Source: Acidobacteriota bacterium (GTDB taxonomy: Bacteria > Acidobacteriota > UBA6911 > RPQK01 > JAJDTT01). Taken from it: DNA of 64,000 nucleotides. The translations under genes and the position numbers were made by a program. A model generated the notes under the pieces. That model was not told where the DNA came from. It did not search any database and saw only the letters and a program-made list of their open reading frames with translations. This document shows positions 1 through 9,401 of the stretch, one piece after another; the first letter of the stretch is position 1, and each line of letters starts with the position of its first letter. The stretch lies in assembly GCA_965218775.1 (NCBI GenBank), contig CBDCLS010000004.1, positions 983,890 through 1,047,889 on the forward strand. Reading direction: 5' to 3'.

Positions 1-2140
1 TCGCCCGCTCCACCATGAAGGAGCTGTTCATCAGAAAGAGAAACTGCTGTGGAACGATGCTTGTGAGACGCTTGGAGACCGTCGCCGTCATCGAAGGGAA
101 ATCGAACAGACGCAAGAATTCGTCGGACTCGAACTCGTGGCCGATCCGGCTGACCTTGGCGTAAAGCGTGCGCCGCTTACTCTTGCTGATCTCCTCTACC
201 GGTGGGCCACCCCTTTCTGGTTCCAGCTCCGCAGTCACCTTCAACAGCGAGTCCCGCCACGATTCGACGTCCATTCGCCTGGGGTTCATTCGCCAGAGCA
301 GCTCGTTGTCGCCGTCGATGGCAAACGCACGACTCTGAAACCGGCTGCTCATCTGGTAGGTGGCCGAGGTCATGATCAGCCGGTGGAGAGACTTGAGTGA
401 CCACCCCGATTCGATGAAGGTTGCTGCCAACCAGTCGAGCATTTCCGGATGAGTCGGTTTCTGGCCGAGTGTCCCAAAGTTGCTGGGTGAGCGCACCAGG
501 GCTTTGCCGAAGTGGTGCATCCAAACCCGATTGACGATCACACGTGCGGTCAGAGGATTCTCCGGGTTGGCGACGGCCTCGGCCAACTCGAGTCGGCCGC
601 TTCCCTTGGTGAACGGTGGAGGATCCGCTCCAGTCACAATCCTCAGGAAGCGGCGAGGGGCCACGTCTCCTGGCTCTCTGAGGTTGCCGCGAAGCGCGAC
701 CGGCATGTCCTCGCTACCGGTGTCAGCCAGGACATGAGCAAAGTCGTACTTTGGCGGGGACGCCTTTTTCAACTCCTTGACCTGCTCCTCCCACCGTTTG
801 TGCTGCTGTTCCTCCTGGTCGGTCAGCTCGCGCCCTTCGTCCCTGGCCCCCTTCCTGAGGTCGCTTCTCTTCTGCTCGATGTCCTTGATCTTCTGCTGGT
901 GATCCTGGTAGACCTTGACCACGTCCTCGGGTGCCAGCGGCAGCTCACTCGCCTCCGTATTGTTGAAAATGCCGGCCAGTGAATAGTAGTCCCGCTGTGG
1001 AATCGGATCGAACTTATGATCATGGCAGCGGGCACAGGAAACCGTGATGGCCATCAACCCGCGGGTTAGAGTGTCTATCCGGTCGTCAAGGGTCTCTCCC
1101 TTTGCCTGGGCAACGCTATCCGGGTCGCCCCCGTCCGACCGGTAGTTGGGCCCCAGTGCGAAGAAACCGGTTGCGAATGCATCTCGTCCCCCACCGATCA
1201 GGTCACCGCTGATCTGTAGCTTGATAAACCGGTCGTACGGCAAGTCACGGTTCAAGGCTTCTACGACCCAATCCCGATATCGCCACGCCTGCGAGAGCTC
1301 CTGGTTGCGGCGGTCGAGGAATCCTCCATATCCGTCGCTGTAACGGGCAACATCGAGCCAATACCTTCCCCAACGCTCACCATAATGAGGGGAACCCAAC
1401 AATTGTCCGACAACTCGCTCAATCGCGTCCTGCCTATTCCGCTGGACGTCCTGGAGGAATTCATCAACCTGCTGAGGGGACGGCGGAAAACCAACCAGAT
1501 CGAGGTAGGCACGACGGACGATAACATTCGGCTCAGCCAAGCGGACAGGCTGGACACCAGCCGCGGCGAGCCTTGCGAGGACAAACCGGTCAATCCCATT
1601 GAAAATCCGGGATGCGCCGGGGAGATCTGTTGGAACCGGCTTCTGGATCGGGAGCCAAGCCCAATGCCCCCTCTGCAAAGCCGCCCAGTCGTAGCCTTTT
1701 TCTTTGGCCTGCGAGTCTGAAGCCACTCGCTTCTCGGGCCAGGGAGCCCCAATTTCGACCCACTTTACCAGGTCGGCGATCTCGCGCTCTTCGAGCCTGC
1801 CTCCGGGAGGCATCTTGAGTGACTGCCAGCGCACCGCTTCGACCAGAAGACTCTCTTCCGGCTTCTCGGGCACCAGGGCCGGCCCCCGGGAGCCCCCCTG
1901 CAGCAGACCTGCCAGACTGTCGAGCCTTAGTTCACCCTGTGGGGTCTTGGTTTCAGCGCTGTGGCACTCGAAGCAGCGCTCGGCAAGCAGCGGCCTCACT
2001 CGTCGCTCAAAGAACTCAATCTTGCTGCTCAGCCCGGTTTCTGAGGCCAGAGACAGACCTTCGGGAACCGAGGCCACACCCACGACACAGAGGGCTACAA
2101 AAGCCCGCCCCAAGGAACTCTTCCAACGACGCAAATACAT
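1..2140 (-). CDS. DUF1549/DUF1553 (PSCyt2/PSD1) domain protein, partial; the 3' end runs off the window start
   Basis: Minus-strand translation gives CARCHDHKFDPI (DUF1549 motif). The C-terminus has a DUF1553-like stretch (RLFDFPSMTATVSKRLTSIVPQQFLFLMNS). The start codon ATG is the complement of 2138-2140, upstream of a signal-peptide-like N-terminus (MYLRRWKSSLGRAFVALCVVGVA). Confidence 0.8.
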   Translation of the reverse strand, partial: MYLRRWKSSLGRAFVALCVVGVASVPEGLSLASETGLSSKIEFFERRVRPLLAERCFECHSAETKTPQGELRLDSLAGLLQGGSRGPALVPEKPEESLLVEAVRWQSLKMPPGGRLEEREIADLVKWVEIGAPWPEKRVASDSQAKEKGYDWAALQRGHWAWLPIQKPVPTDLPGASRIFNGIDRFVLARLAAAGVQPVRLAEPNVIVRRAYLDLVGFPPSPQQVDEFLQDVQRNRQDAIERVVGQLLGSPHYGERWGRYWLDVARYSDGYGGFLDRRNQELSQAWRYRDWVVEALNRDLPYDRFIKLQISGDLIGGGRDAFATGFFALGPNYRSDGGDPDSVAQAKGETLDDRIDTLTRGLMAITVSCARCHDHKFDPIPQRDYYSLAGIFNNTEASELPLAPEDVVKVYQDHQQKIKDIEQKRSDLRKGARDEGRELTDQEEQQHKRWEEQVKELKKASPPKYDFAHVLADTGSEDMPVALRGNLREPGDVAPRRFLRIVTGADPPPFTKGSGRLELAEAVANPENPLTARVIVNRVWMHHFGKALVRSPSNFGTLGQKPTHPEMLDWLAATFIESGWSLKSLHRLIMTSATYQMSSRFQSRAFAIDGDNELLWRMNPRRMDVESWRDSLLKVTAELEPERGGPPVEEISKSKRRTLYAKVSRIGHEFESDEFLRLFDFPSMTATVSKRLTSIVPQQFLFLMNSSFMVERA

Positions 2141-2339
2141 TTCCAGCCAGCCCGCGAGAATAACCGCTCTCTGAGCAGTCGCAGATCGTCAGCAAAGGGC
2201 CTCGGAGAATCCAGTTATCGAAAGGATACTCTCTTCGGTCCCTGACGGACGACCCATACAGATCGTGCTACCGAGAGTCCATCCTCAAGATAGTGAAGCT
2301 TGCGGGAGCCGCCTGTCAATGGTCCGGCGTAGGGATACC

Positions 2340-2615
2340 TAAGTGCTCCCTTCCATAAATACGATGATGTATGTGGCGAGCGCGACGGGTCGAGTTCGCG
2401 AAGCGACGACGAACTCGATGCTTTGTATCTTGGAGGAGGAGCGACAAAGAAATCGGCGCGTCCCGTCGCCACCCGTAGGGCAGATGGGGGTTGCGGACGA
2501 TCTCGGCGTTGGTCGTCGTCGAAGATGGCCAAGCATCGTCTTCCTCCTCCTGCCTTGATCTCGCCTCGCAAGCCCCATCTGCATACATCATCGTATTTAT
2601 GGAAGGGAGCACTTA
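2340..2615. repeat. MITE-like palindromic repeat, copy 1 (~276 bp). It has a conserved core and perfect ~34-bp terminal inverted repeats.
   Basis: The left end taagtgctcccttccataaatacgatgatgtatg is the reverse complement of the right end catacatcatcgtatttatggaagggagcactta. The core GGCGAGCGCGACGGGTCGAG...GGAGGAGGAGCGACAAAG...CTTCCTCCTCCTGCC is shared with the elements at 24624 and 48425. Confidence 0.7.
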
Positions 2616-2764
2616 GCACCCCGTCAGACTCGAGTGTTCAGGGGCAGAGGCGTTGTTTGCCCAACGTCGGACTGCTAGACTCTTATCCAGACCGGGCTCC
2701 AATCAGGGTCTCTCATGGGAATTGCCCCTCATAAACGTGTCTCCTTTGGCACCTGAGCCTAGAC

Positions 2765-3961
2765 ATGATTAGTCGACGTCAAGCCATCAGGGCCTTCGCT
2801 CAACTGCTGCTTTCTTCCCCGTTGGTGGCGGGACAAAAGCAGGCCGCTGAGACTGCGGGGGGCGCCCAAAATAGTGAAGAACAGCTTCACGATCTCATCA
2901 ATGTGTTCGACTTTGCCAAGCTGGCCCAGTCCAAGCTAGACCCTGTGGCCTGGGACTATATGGCCGAAGGATCGCAGGACGAAATATCCCTACGCGACAA
3001 TCGGAAGGCATTCGAGCGCATCATCATCAGGCCGAAGATTCTTACGGACGTCCACAAGATTGACCTCTCCACCAACCTTCTGGGCCAGAAGCTCGACTAC
3101 CCGATTTTCGTCTGCCCGGCCGGTGGTAAGAACTGTTTCTTCACCAATGGCGAAGAGCAGGTCGCAAAGGGAGCCGCCCATTCCAAAGCCCTGATGATCA
3201 CCAATGGTGGAATCGACGACTACTTGACCTCGGGCCGCGGACCGTCCAACTGGTGGCAGGTCACCACCGGGGGGCAGTTTCGTACCCGGAACACCATGCT
3301 CAACTTCGTGGAGAAGTTGGAAGACATGGGGGCGGCAGGCATCTGCTTCACAGTGGACAATATGCACGTTTCCCATCGGGAGAGGAGCATTCGCAACCGT
3401 CTGGTGCGGCGCTGGTGCGAAACCGGGGTCCCGCGGGATGCCGAGGGCAACCTGATCTACAAGAAGGAGGACCGACCCTGGCGGACGGGTCGCTATCCCG
3501 AGCGCCCCTTCCCCACCCCCACCTGGGAGACTGTACGTCAATTGCGGGACATGACCGATCTGTCAATCGTGATCAAGGGCGTTCTCACCGCTGAGGACAC
3601 TGAGAAGTGTGTAGAGTACGGCATGTCGGCCGTCGTGGTATCCAACCACGGGGCTCGGCAGCAGGACCACCTGGGGGGCACGATCGAGGCTCTACCCGAG
3701 TGTGTCCGAGCGGCAAAGGGCAGGATTCCGGTTCTGGTGGACGGCGGCTTCCGGCGGGGAACGGATGTGTTGAAGGCATTAGCCCTGGGCGCTACCGCCG
3801 TGGGAGTGGCGCGCCCCTACCTTTGGGGCCTGACCTGTTTCGGACAGGAAGGGGTTTCCCGAGTGCTGGAGCTGCTGCGGGTGGAACTGGCACTGGATAT
3901 GGGCATGGCCGGAGTTGCCAGGATTTCTGACATCGATGGGACACTGACTCGGATCCGCTAG
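2765..3961 (+). CDS. FMN-dependent alpha-hydroxy-acid dehydrogenase/oxidase family (lactate or glycolate oxidase-like), with a Tat-type signal
   Basis: Motifs VVVSNHGARQQDHLGG and IPVLVDGGFRRGTDVLKALALGA are present. The N-terminus MISRRQAIRAF has a twin-arginine pattern. Confidence 0.8.
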   Translation: MISRRQAIRAFAQLLLSSPLVAGQKQAAETAGGAQNSEEQLHDLINVFDFAKLAQSKLDPVAWDYMAEGSQDEISLRDNRKAFERIIIRPKILTDVHKIDLSTNLLGQKLDYPIFVCPAGGKNCFFTNGEEQVAKGAAHSKALMITNGGIDDYLTSGRGPSNWWQVTTGGQFRTRNTMLNFVEKLEDMGAAGICFTVDNMHVSHRERSIRNRLVRRWCETGVPRDAEGNLIYKKEDRPWRTGRYPERPFPTPTWETVRQLRDMTDLSIVIKGVLTAEDTEKCVEYGMSAVVVSNHGARQQDHLGGTIEALPECVRAAKGRIPVLVDGGFRRGTDVLKALALGATAVGVARPYLWGLTCFGQEGVSRVLELLRVELALDMGMAGVARISDIDGTLTRIR

Positions 3962-3966
3962 AACTC

Positions 3967-4734
3967 ATGTTGAATCGCAGGGAGCTGTTGGAACTGCTGC
4001 TGGCCGGTGCGCTGACCCCCAAGGATTACCTCGTTCGGAGGCCCCGAGTAGAAGCACTATGGAAATCCCCGGATTCGTACCCCAATGCCCTCGAGGCAAC
4101 GGACGCTGGCTTATGGGTCGGGGAACAGCTCACCAACATCGCCTACCTGCTCGATTGGGAAAAGGGCAAGGTACTTCGGAGAGTCCCGACCGAGTCCACC
4201 AACACCAGCGGAATGGCCTATGGGAATGGCTTCCTCTGGATGGCTGCCAACGGCCCTGCCCTGAGGCGCGAACCACGGCCTTCCGACTCCAAAACCGGAA
4301 TGGTACTCAAGGTTGATCCAGGCACGGGCAAGACGCTTGCCCGCTACCCCATCCCGGGAGGAGGAGGGGTCCACGGTCTCACCTGGGCTGAAAACTCCCT
4401 CTGGATCACGACGCTGAGACGAAAAAGCCTGACCCGGGTCGATGCCGGTTTCAAGGAACTCCACAGCATTCCAGTGACCCTGGGACGAGCCCACGGGCTA
4501 GCCTGGGACCGGGATACGATCTGGTGCATGTTCTCCAATGATCGTGTGATTCATAGACTGGATGCCAGTGACGGCCGCATTCTCGAAGCCATCCAGCTGG
4601 GTTCATCTGATCCGGATCCCCACGGCATGACTCTCCACAAAGGTACGTTCTATTACACCGACGCAGGTATCGCACCCGGAGGTGGAGACAATGGGAGTCG
4701 CAACGCGGGATACATCTGCCGACTCCATTTATGA
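3967..4734 (+). CDS. secreted beta-propeller protein, possibly glutaminyl-cyclase-like (tentative)
   Basis: It has a Tat-like N-terminus (MLNRRELLELLLAG). It also has repeated WxxxD/HGL blade-like motifs (HGLTWAENSLW, HGLAWDRDTIW). The length (~255 aa) fits a 5-bladed propeller. Confidence 0.4.
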   Translation: MLNRRELLELLLAGALTPKDYLVRRPRVEALWKSPDSYPNALEATDAGLWVGEQLTNIAYLLDWEKGKVLRRVPTESTNTSGMAYGNGFLWMAANGPALRREPRPSDSKTGMVLKVDPGTGKTLARYPIPGGGGVHGLTWAENSLWITTLRRKSLTRVDAGFKELHSIPVTLGRAHGLAWDRDTIWCMFSNDRVIHRLDASDGRILEAIQLGSSDPDPHGMTLHKGTFYYTDAGIAPGGGDNGSRNAGYICRLHL

Positions 4735-5285
4735 AGAGCCCACTCTGGGTACTGACGCTGACCCTGCTGTCATCGACCTCCGGGGACGAGGAAGGCAGGA
4801 TCCTGCGTCCTCAAGACGGCTCGGCGCTCGCCTCGGAAGAGATCAGCATCGTGGCGACCGGTACGGGGGCGAGGCTGGAGCTGGACGGTCAGCAGATCCC
4901 TGCCCAGGAGCCTTTCCCCAACGTCTTCCACGCCAAGCTGAAACCCTCTCCGGGAGAACACCGGTTGGCATTGATCTGGGAGGGGGGACGGCGTGAGATC
5001 CGATTCTTCATGGGAGAAAACGCGCCTGCGACCTTCCGTCCCTTTAAGCAGCATCCTCCCGTGGCCACGGAATGCACCCAGTGTCACAGTCTGAGCCGGC
5101 GTGGGCGATTTCGCTTCAAGGGAGGGTGCTTCGACTGTCATGACAAGGAAACGTTCGTCGGACCCCACGAACACGCTCCCCACATCTTGGAAGACTGCGG
5201 AAGCTGCCACAACGCCCACGGATCGACCTCAGCCTCCCACTTGCTTTTGCCGCGGCAGCAGGCCTGTCGACTCTGCCACAACTGA
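4731..5285 (+). CDS. small tetrahaem c-type cytochrome
   Basis: There are four CxxCH motifs (CTQCH, CFDCH, CGSCH, CRLCH). It has a signal peptide. It overlaps the upstream gene by 4 bp, which suggests an operon. Confidence 0.7.
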   Translation: MKSPLWVLTLTLLSSTSGDEEGRILRPQDGSALASEEISIVATGTGARLELDGQQIPAQEPFPNVFHAKLKPSPGEHRLALIWEGGRREIRFFMGENAPATFRPFKQHPPVATECTQCHSLSRRGRFRFKGGCFDCHDKETFVGPHEHAPHILEDCGSCHNAHGSTSASHLLLPRQQACRLCHN

Positions 5286-5298
5286 TTAGGAGCGCTAC

Positions 5299-6153
5299 AT
5301 GGCCGCAGAAAACCGAATCCCGGACAACCTGGTGACAACCGACTGGGCCTCGCTCAACACTGCCCAGCGAATCAAACATCTCGAGATTGAAGGGTACGTC
5401 CTGGTTCCGGATCTACTGTCTCGGGATCAGATAAAGATCATCAAGAAAGAGCTCGATCGACTTCCCACGACCCCAACCGACTACAGCGAGAACCAGCGAG
5501 GATACTCCCACGTCCAGTGGACCGAATCCCCGAATGCGATTGACGTGATTGCCCTTCCAGCGATGGTGGACTTCCTGTCCGCGCTGTTCGGAGACGAAAT
5601 CCTTTGTACTTCCTGCGTCTTCGCCGTTTCCAGGCCGGGGCATCCCGGCATCGCCATCCATACCGATTCCCAGCCCTACGGATCGGCGATATTGGGCTTG
5701 CAGGCGAGTGCCCCCAAGCTGCTGCGCGTCCTTTATTACCTCGACGACCTCACCCCTGAGCGATCGCCCCTGAAGATGATTCCGCACTCCCATTTGTCAC
5801 TACATGCGGACGCCAACCCCTACAACCGATTCCTCAGTCACCCCGAAGAAGTGATGGTGACCTGTAAAGCAGGGGCAGCGGCCATCATCAACCAGCAGGT
5901 CTTTCACGGCAACTACCCCAATCGCAGTCAGCAGGACCGACGCATGCTGGCCGTGGCATATCGGCCGGCCTGGGCGGGTCCGGTCTATGAAGTACCGGAT
6001 TGGGATCAAGAGAAGGTAGCCGCTCTACCTGATCACATCAGGCTCTTCTTCAAGAGCCTCAATACGCGGAAGGTCGACTTCAACGTAGGGAATCGACCTC
6101 CGGATATGGCGGAGGAGGCGCCGGGGATCAATCCCAGCCGCTGGGACGTATGA
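5299..6153 (+). CDS. phytanoyl-CoA dioxygenase (PhyH) family Fe(II)/2-oxoglutarate oxygenase
   Basis: An HTD...H-type facial triad region is present (IAIHTDSQPY ... FHGNYPNRS). The overall layout fits PhyH. Confidence 0.65.
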   Translation: MAAENRIPDNLVTTDWASLNTAQRIKHLEIEGYVLVPDLLSRDQIKIIKKELDRLPTTPTDYSENQRGYSHVQWTESPNAIDVIALPAMVDFLSALFGDEILCTSCVFAVSRPGHPGIAIHTDSQPYGSAILGLQASAPKLLRVLYYLDDLTPERSPLKMIPHSHLSLHADANPYNRFLSHPEEVMVTCKAGAAAIINQQVFHGNYPNRSQQDRRMLAVAYRPAWAGPVYEVPDWDQEKVAALPDHIRLFFKSLNTRKVDFNVGNRPPDMAEEAPGINPSRWDV

Positions 6154-6429
6154 ATAGGAGCGAGTTGTTTGGCTGGTGTGCTTTGGGATAGGTAATCGCG
6201 TGTCTTATGACTGCCTTTAGATCTTGGATGGCAACGCGTCGGCGGTTTGATTGATTTGCTAGACCTCTGCCCGGCAGCGGACTACTCCGGATTCTTTCCG
6301 AGATCGGCTTTCTCGCCATGGCGCACCAGGAAAACCAGCAGAGGGTCATTTGTCGACGCGGAAGGATTGGGTGTTGATGAACAGAGGATCGGCGTGATCG
6401 TTAAGAGTAAGGTGGCAACCGCGGACGCC

Positions 6430-7047
6430 CTATTCTTTGAGAACCATATCGATACACATTACAGCTGCAAGGATTAGCTGACGGGCTACATTGTCACGGG
6501 GCACAGATTCAGCAATCTCAAGGACATAGTTGTCTGCACTGGTAAAAAGTTCCTTGCCAATCCCTGCCCATTTCTTCGTCACATGAGCCAATTCAGTCCC
6601 ATCTGCCATGAACCGGAAATCCCACCCGGTCCACTTGCCTTTGAGTTGGCAAACAGGTCTCTCGCCTGTATCAAAGACACTAAAAGCACCACCTATCGAA
6701 AAAAACTTCTGCTTGAACCCGCCTATACGTTGATCATTTTCGTCAAGAACGTTCACTTCAGACAGAAAAACGGAGATTCCTCTCGTAATACGAACGAGCT
6801 GATGCCCCTCAGGAGTTCTGATCTGGATATCAAAAGGTGTCATCCTTTTGAAGTCCGTGAACCTGAGAATCTTGGTGAAAATCCCCAATCGTTCTTCACG
6901 ACACTCCATGGTAATGTGGCCCGTTTGCGGATCATAAATGTCGTAATTATTAGCTGCCTTGAACATTCCAACATGCTCTTTGACAAGGAACGTATTCCTA
7001 TTCAATAAGTCGTGCACTCTGTCACCCTTTCTTCCGCTTCTTCCCAA
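6430..7047 (-). CDS. LURP-one-related / scramblase-like (DUF567, tubby C-terminal-like fold) protein
   Basis: The translation is LOR-family-like. The gene sits in a ~47% GC segment within a ~62% GC background. Confidence 0.55.
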   Translation of the reverse strand: MGRSGRKGDRVHDLLNRNTFLVKEHVGMFKAANNYDIYDPQTGHITMECREERLGIFTKILRFTDFKRMTPFDIQIRTPEGHQLVRITRGISVFLSEVNVLDENDQRIGGFKQKFFSIGGAFSVFDTGERPVCQLKGKWTGWDFRFMADGTELAHVTKKWAGIGKELFTSADNYVLEIAESVPRDNVARQLILAAVMCIDMVLKE

Positions 7048-7105
7048 CGGAGAGGATTTATTGCGAATCGGGACCTTGGAGCTTCGGACTTGGCTCCCTT
7101 GGAGC

Positions 7106-8062
7106 CTACCATGGCATGGATCGCTTGCTGTAGCGGCGTCCCTTCTCCGCGGCCTCCTGATTCCCCGAGCCGATCATGACCCCCTCGTCAATCATTCGTT
7201 CGACCGTGGCCGGGGTCACTCCGTTCAGGAAGGGGATCTTGACGGCTTTGCAGGCGGAGAAGACGCGCTCACGAACCTCCTTCATGACCTTTGTGTAGTC
7301 GTCGCCCTTTCGACCCGGAAGCCCCCAGGACATGCCCATGTCGCTCGGACCCCACTCGGCGAAACCTATGCCCGGAACCCTCACGCTCGACTCGGCATTC
7401 TGGAGCGCGTGGCGATCTTCGATCTTTAAGCCCAGAAGAATCTCACCCTCGGGATTCAACGGCCAGGGATCGGCGACCTGCAGGTACTTGTCGGTGTCGA
7501 TCCCCCAGATCTGGCTGGCAAAACCTTGTCCACCGCTGCCTCTCAAACCTTCCCTGAGGCCGTTTCCCACACGGTCTTTGTGGAAGGGGTATCGAGCCGC
7601 TTCTACGAATACTCGGACCGCGTCCGGGGTACGGGCGTGGCAGAGCAAGATGCCATGAGCCCCGGCCGCCAGGACCTGCTGCACCATCCAATAGTTGGCT
7701 TTCATCGTAGCTTCGTCGATTCCACCTACCGGCAGCGTGCAGATGACCGCTGGAGTTCGATGTCCACTACGGGTGGGGCCCCCATCTACCAGACCCTGCA
7801 TGAATCTCCGGAGGAGAGTCACATCGTAGGCTCCGTGCTCCATCTCGTAATTGATGTAATCGGCCCAGGTCTGCGCCATCCGCTTGCCTTCCTCGTAGCC
7901 GCCGTGGGCACCCGTGTAGTAGATCGGCTGCCCTTGCTCCAGGAGCTCGATCGCCTTGTTGACTCTTTTCGCCTGGGCGGATCCACCAGAGGGATTGACA
8001 GTCGAAAGGCCAGCGGCGTAGGTTGAAACAATCAGAACCAATAGCAGTGTCGGCTTTTTCAT
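7106..8062 (-). CDS. HpcH/HpaI aldolase / citrate-lyase beta-like family protein, secreted
   Basis: It resembles the HpcH/HpaI family. The likely true start is MKKPTLLLVLIV (ATG is the complement of 8060-8062) with an AGGAAG ribosome-binding site. The track ORF is extended 5'. Confidence 0.65.
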   Translation of the reverse strand: MKKPTLLLVLIVSTYAAGLSTVNPSGGSAQAKRVNKAIELLEQGQPIYYTGAHGGYEEGKRMAQTWADYINYEMEHGAYDVTLLRRFMQGLVDGGPTRSGHRTPAVICTLPVGGIDEATMKANYWMVQQVLAAGAHGILLCHARTPDAVRVFVEAARYPFHKDRVGNGLREGLRGSGGQGFASQIWGIDTDKYLQVADPWPLNPEGEILLGLKIEDRHALQNAESSVRVPGIGFAEWGPSDMGMSWGLPGRKGDDYTKVMKEVRERVFSACKAVKIPFLNGVTPATVERMIDEGVMIGSGNQEAAEKGRRYSKRSMPW

Positions 8063-8247
8063 GGCTTCCTGCCTCGAGTAGTCTGAGGACAATTTCGTTG
8101 AAGGGAACATCGGAGACGAGTTCTCACGTCCCAGCAAGCTTACATCGAACGGGAGGAACCTTGAAGCATAGACAGCAAGATTGCCTGGATCGACCGTCCC
8201 TGCAGCTTGGGGTTGGATCCCCTACAAACTTAGCGAAGGAGAAAATC

Positions 8248-9294
8248 ATGAAGCATCTCCAGCAACTCAGGATCTTCATCTTGATCAACATCTTTGTCGC
8301 CACGTTGTTCCAGGGTCCCTTGACGGCCTCGGACGTGAAAGTTCTAGTTTCCGCTGGTCAGAAGAAACAGCTGGCGGAATTGGAACGCACCCTACCCAAC
8401 CTGGAACTGGTCGCCGCGAAACCGGATCAAATACTCAGCGTGATCGGCGACTGCGACGCAATCATCGGTCTCGGCTACGGCGGCGATCGTTCGCGGCAGA
8501 TCATTCAGGCAGGAAAGAAGCTGAGGTGGGTCCACAGCACTAGCGCAGGCGTGGAAAAAATTGCCTGGATACCCGAACTGAAGGACAGCGACATCCTTCT
8601 GACCAACGCCAAAATCTTCCAGGGCCCTGAGATTGCCGATCATGCCTTCGGCCTGCTGTTGACACTTACGCGTAACCTGAAACACTACAACCGGCGGATG
8701 GATGAAGGCTGGGAAAGGGTTACCCCAGAACTGCCCATCATAGAACTGCGACGTAAGACCATGCTGATCGTTGGCCTTGGGGGGATTGGTACCCAGATTG
8801 CCCAGCGGGCTTCCGCCTTCGACATGCGAGTCCTAGCCGTCGATCCCAAGGATATTCCCCTGATGCACATCGTAGAACGCGTCGTCAGGCCTGACCAGCT
8901 GCACGAGGTGCTTCCTCAGGCCGACGTCGTAGTGAGTTCGGTCCCACATACAGCTGCATCCGAGGGCATGTTTGGCAAGAAGGAATTTGCCCTGGTGAAA
9001 GATGGGGTCTATTTCGTCAACGTCTCGCGCGGCAAGGTGGTGCAGACAGAGGCGCTAGTGGAGGCCTTGAGATCGGGTAAGGTCCGGGCCGCGGGCCTGG
9101 ATGTCACCAACCCCGAGCCCTTACCCACAGGCCATCCACTCTGGAAGATGAACAACGTCATCATTACACCCCACATTGCGACGGTCTCGGTTCAATCTCG
9201 CACCCGGCTTCTAGAACTGATTCGCAGCAACATCGAGCGTTTCGTCACTGGAAAACCGATGCTGAACGTCGTCAACAAGGCGGCGGGGTTCTAA
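8248..9294 (+). CDS. D-isomer-specific 2-hydroxyacid dehydrogenase family protein (NAD-binding)
   Basis: A Rossmann motif LIVGLGGIGTQIAQRA is present. The start ATG at 8248 is preceded by AAGGAG. It has a signal-like N-terminus. Confidence 0.75.
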   Translation: MKHLQQLRIFILINIFVATLFQGPLTASDVKVLVSAGQKKQLAELERTLPNLELVAAKPDQILSVIGDCDAIIGLGYGGDRSRQIIQAGKKLRWVHSTSAGVEKIAWIPELKDSDILLTNAKIFQGPEIADHAFGLLLTLTRNLKHYNRRMDEGWERVTPELPIIELRRKTMLIVGLGGIGTQIAQRASAFDMRVLAVDPKDIPLMHIVERVVRPDQLHEVLPQADVVVSSVPHTAASEGMFGKKEFALVKDGVYFVNVSRGKVVQTEALVEALRSGKVRAAGLDVTNPEPLPTGHPLWKMNNVIITPHIATVSVQSRTRLLELIRSNIERFVTGKPMLNVVNKAAGF

Positions 9295-9401
9295 CCTGAA
9301 ACTTCATTTGCGAACGTAGCTTTGGTCTCCAGGCCGAAGTCTTATTCCTTCGAGCCTTTGGCTCGGGACGGCGGCCTGGAGACCACCGCTACGCCGGACC
9401 C
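9295..9401. repeat. REP-like dispersed repeat, family A, copy 1
   Basis: This copy is nearly identical to 43001-43105 and diverged from 36795-36899. It contains the hairpin tctccaggccg...cggcctggaga. Confidence 0.6.

Noticed and set aside
7526-8026. 166-aa plus-strand ORF
   Set aside because: It is antisense to the HpcH/HpaI aldolase-like gene.
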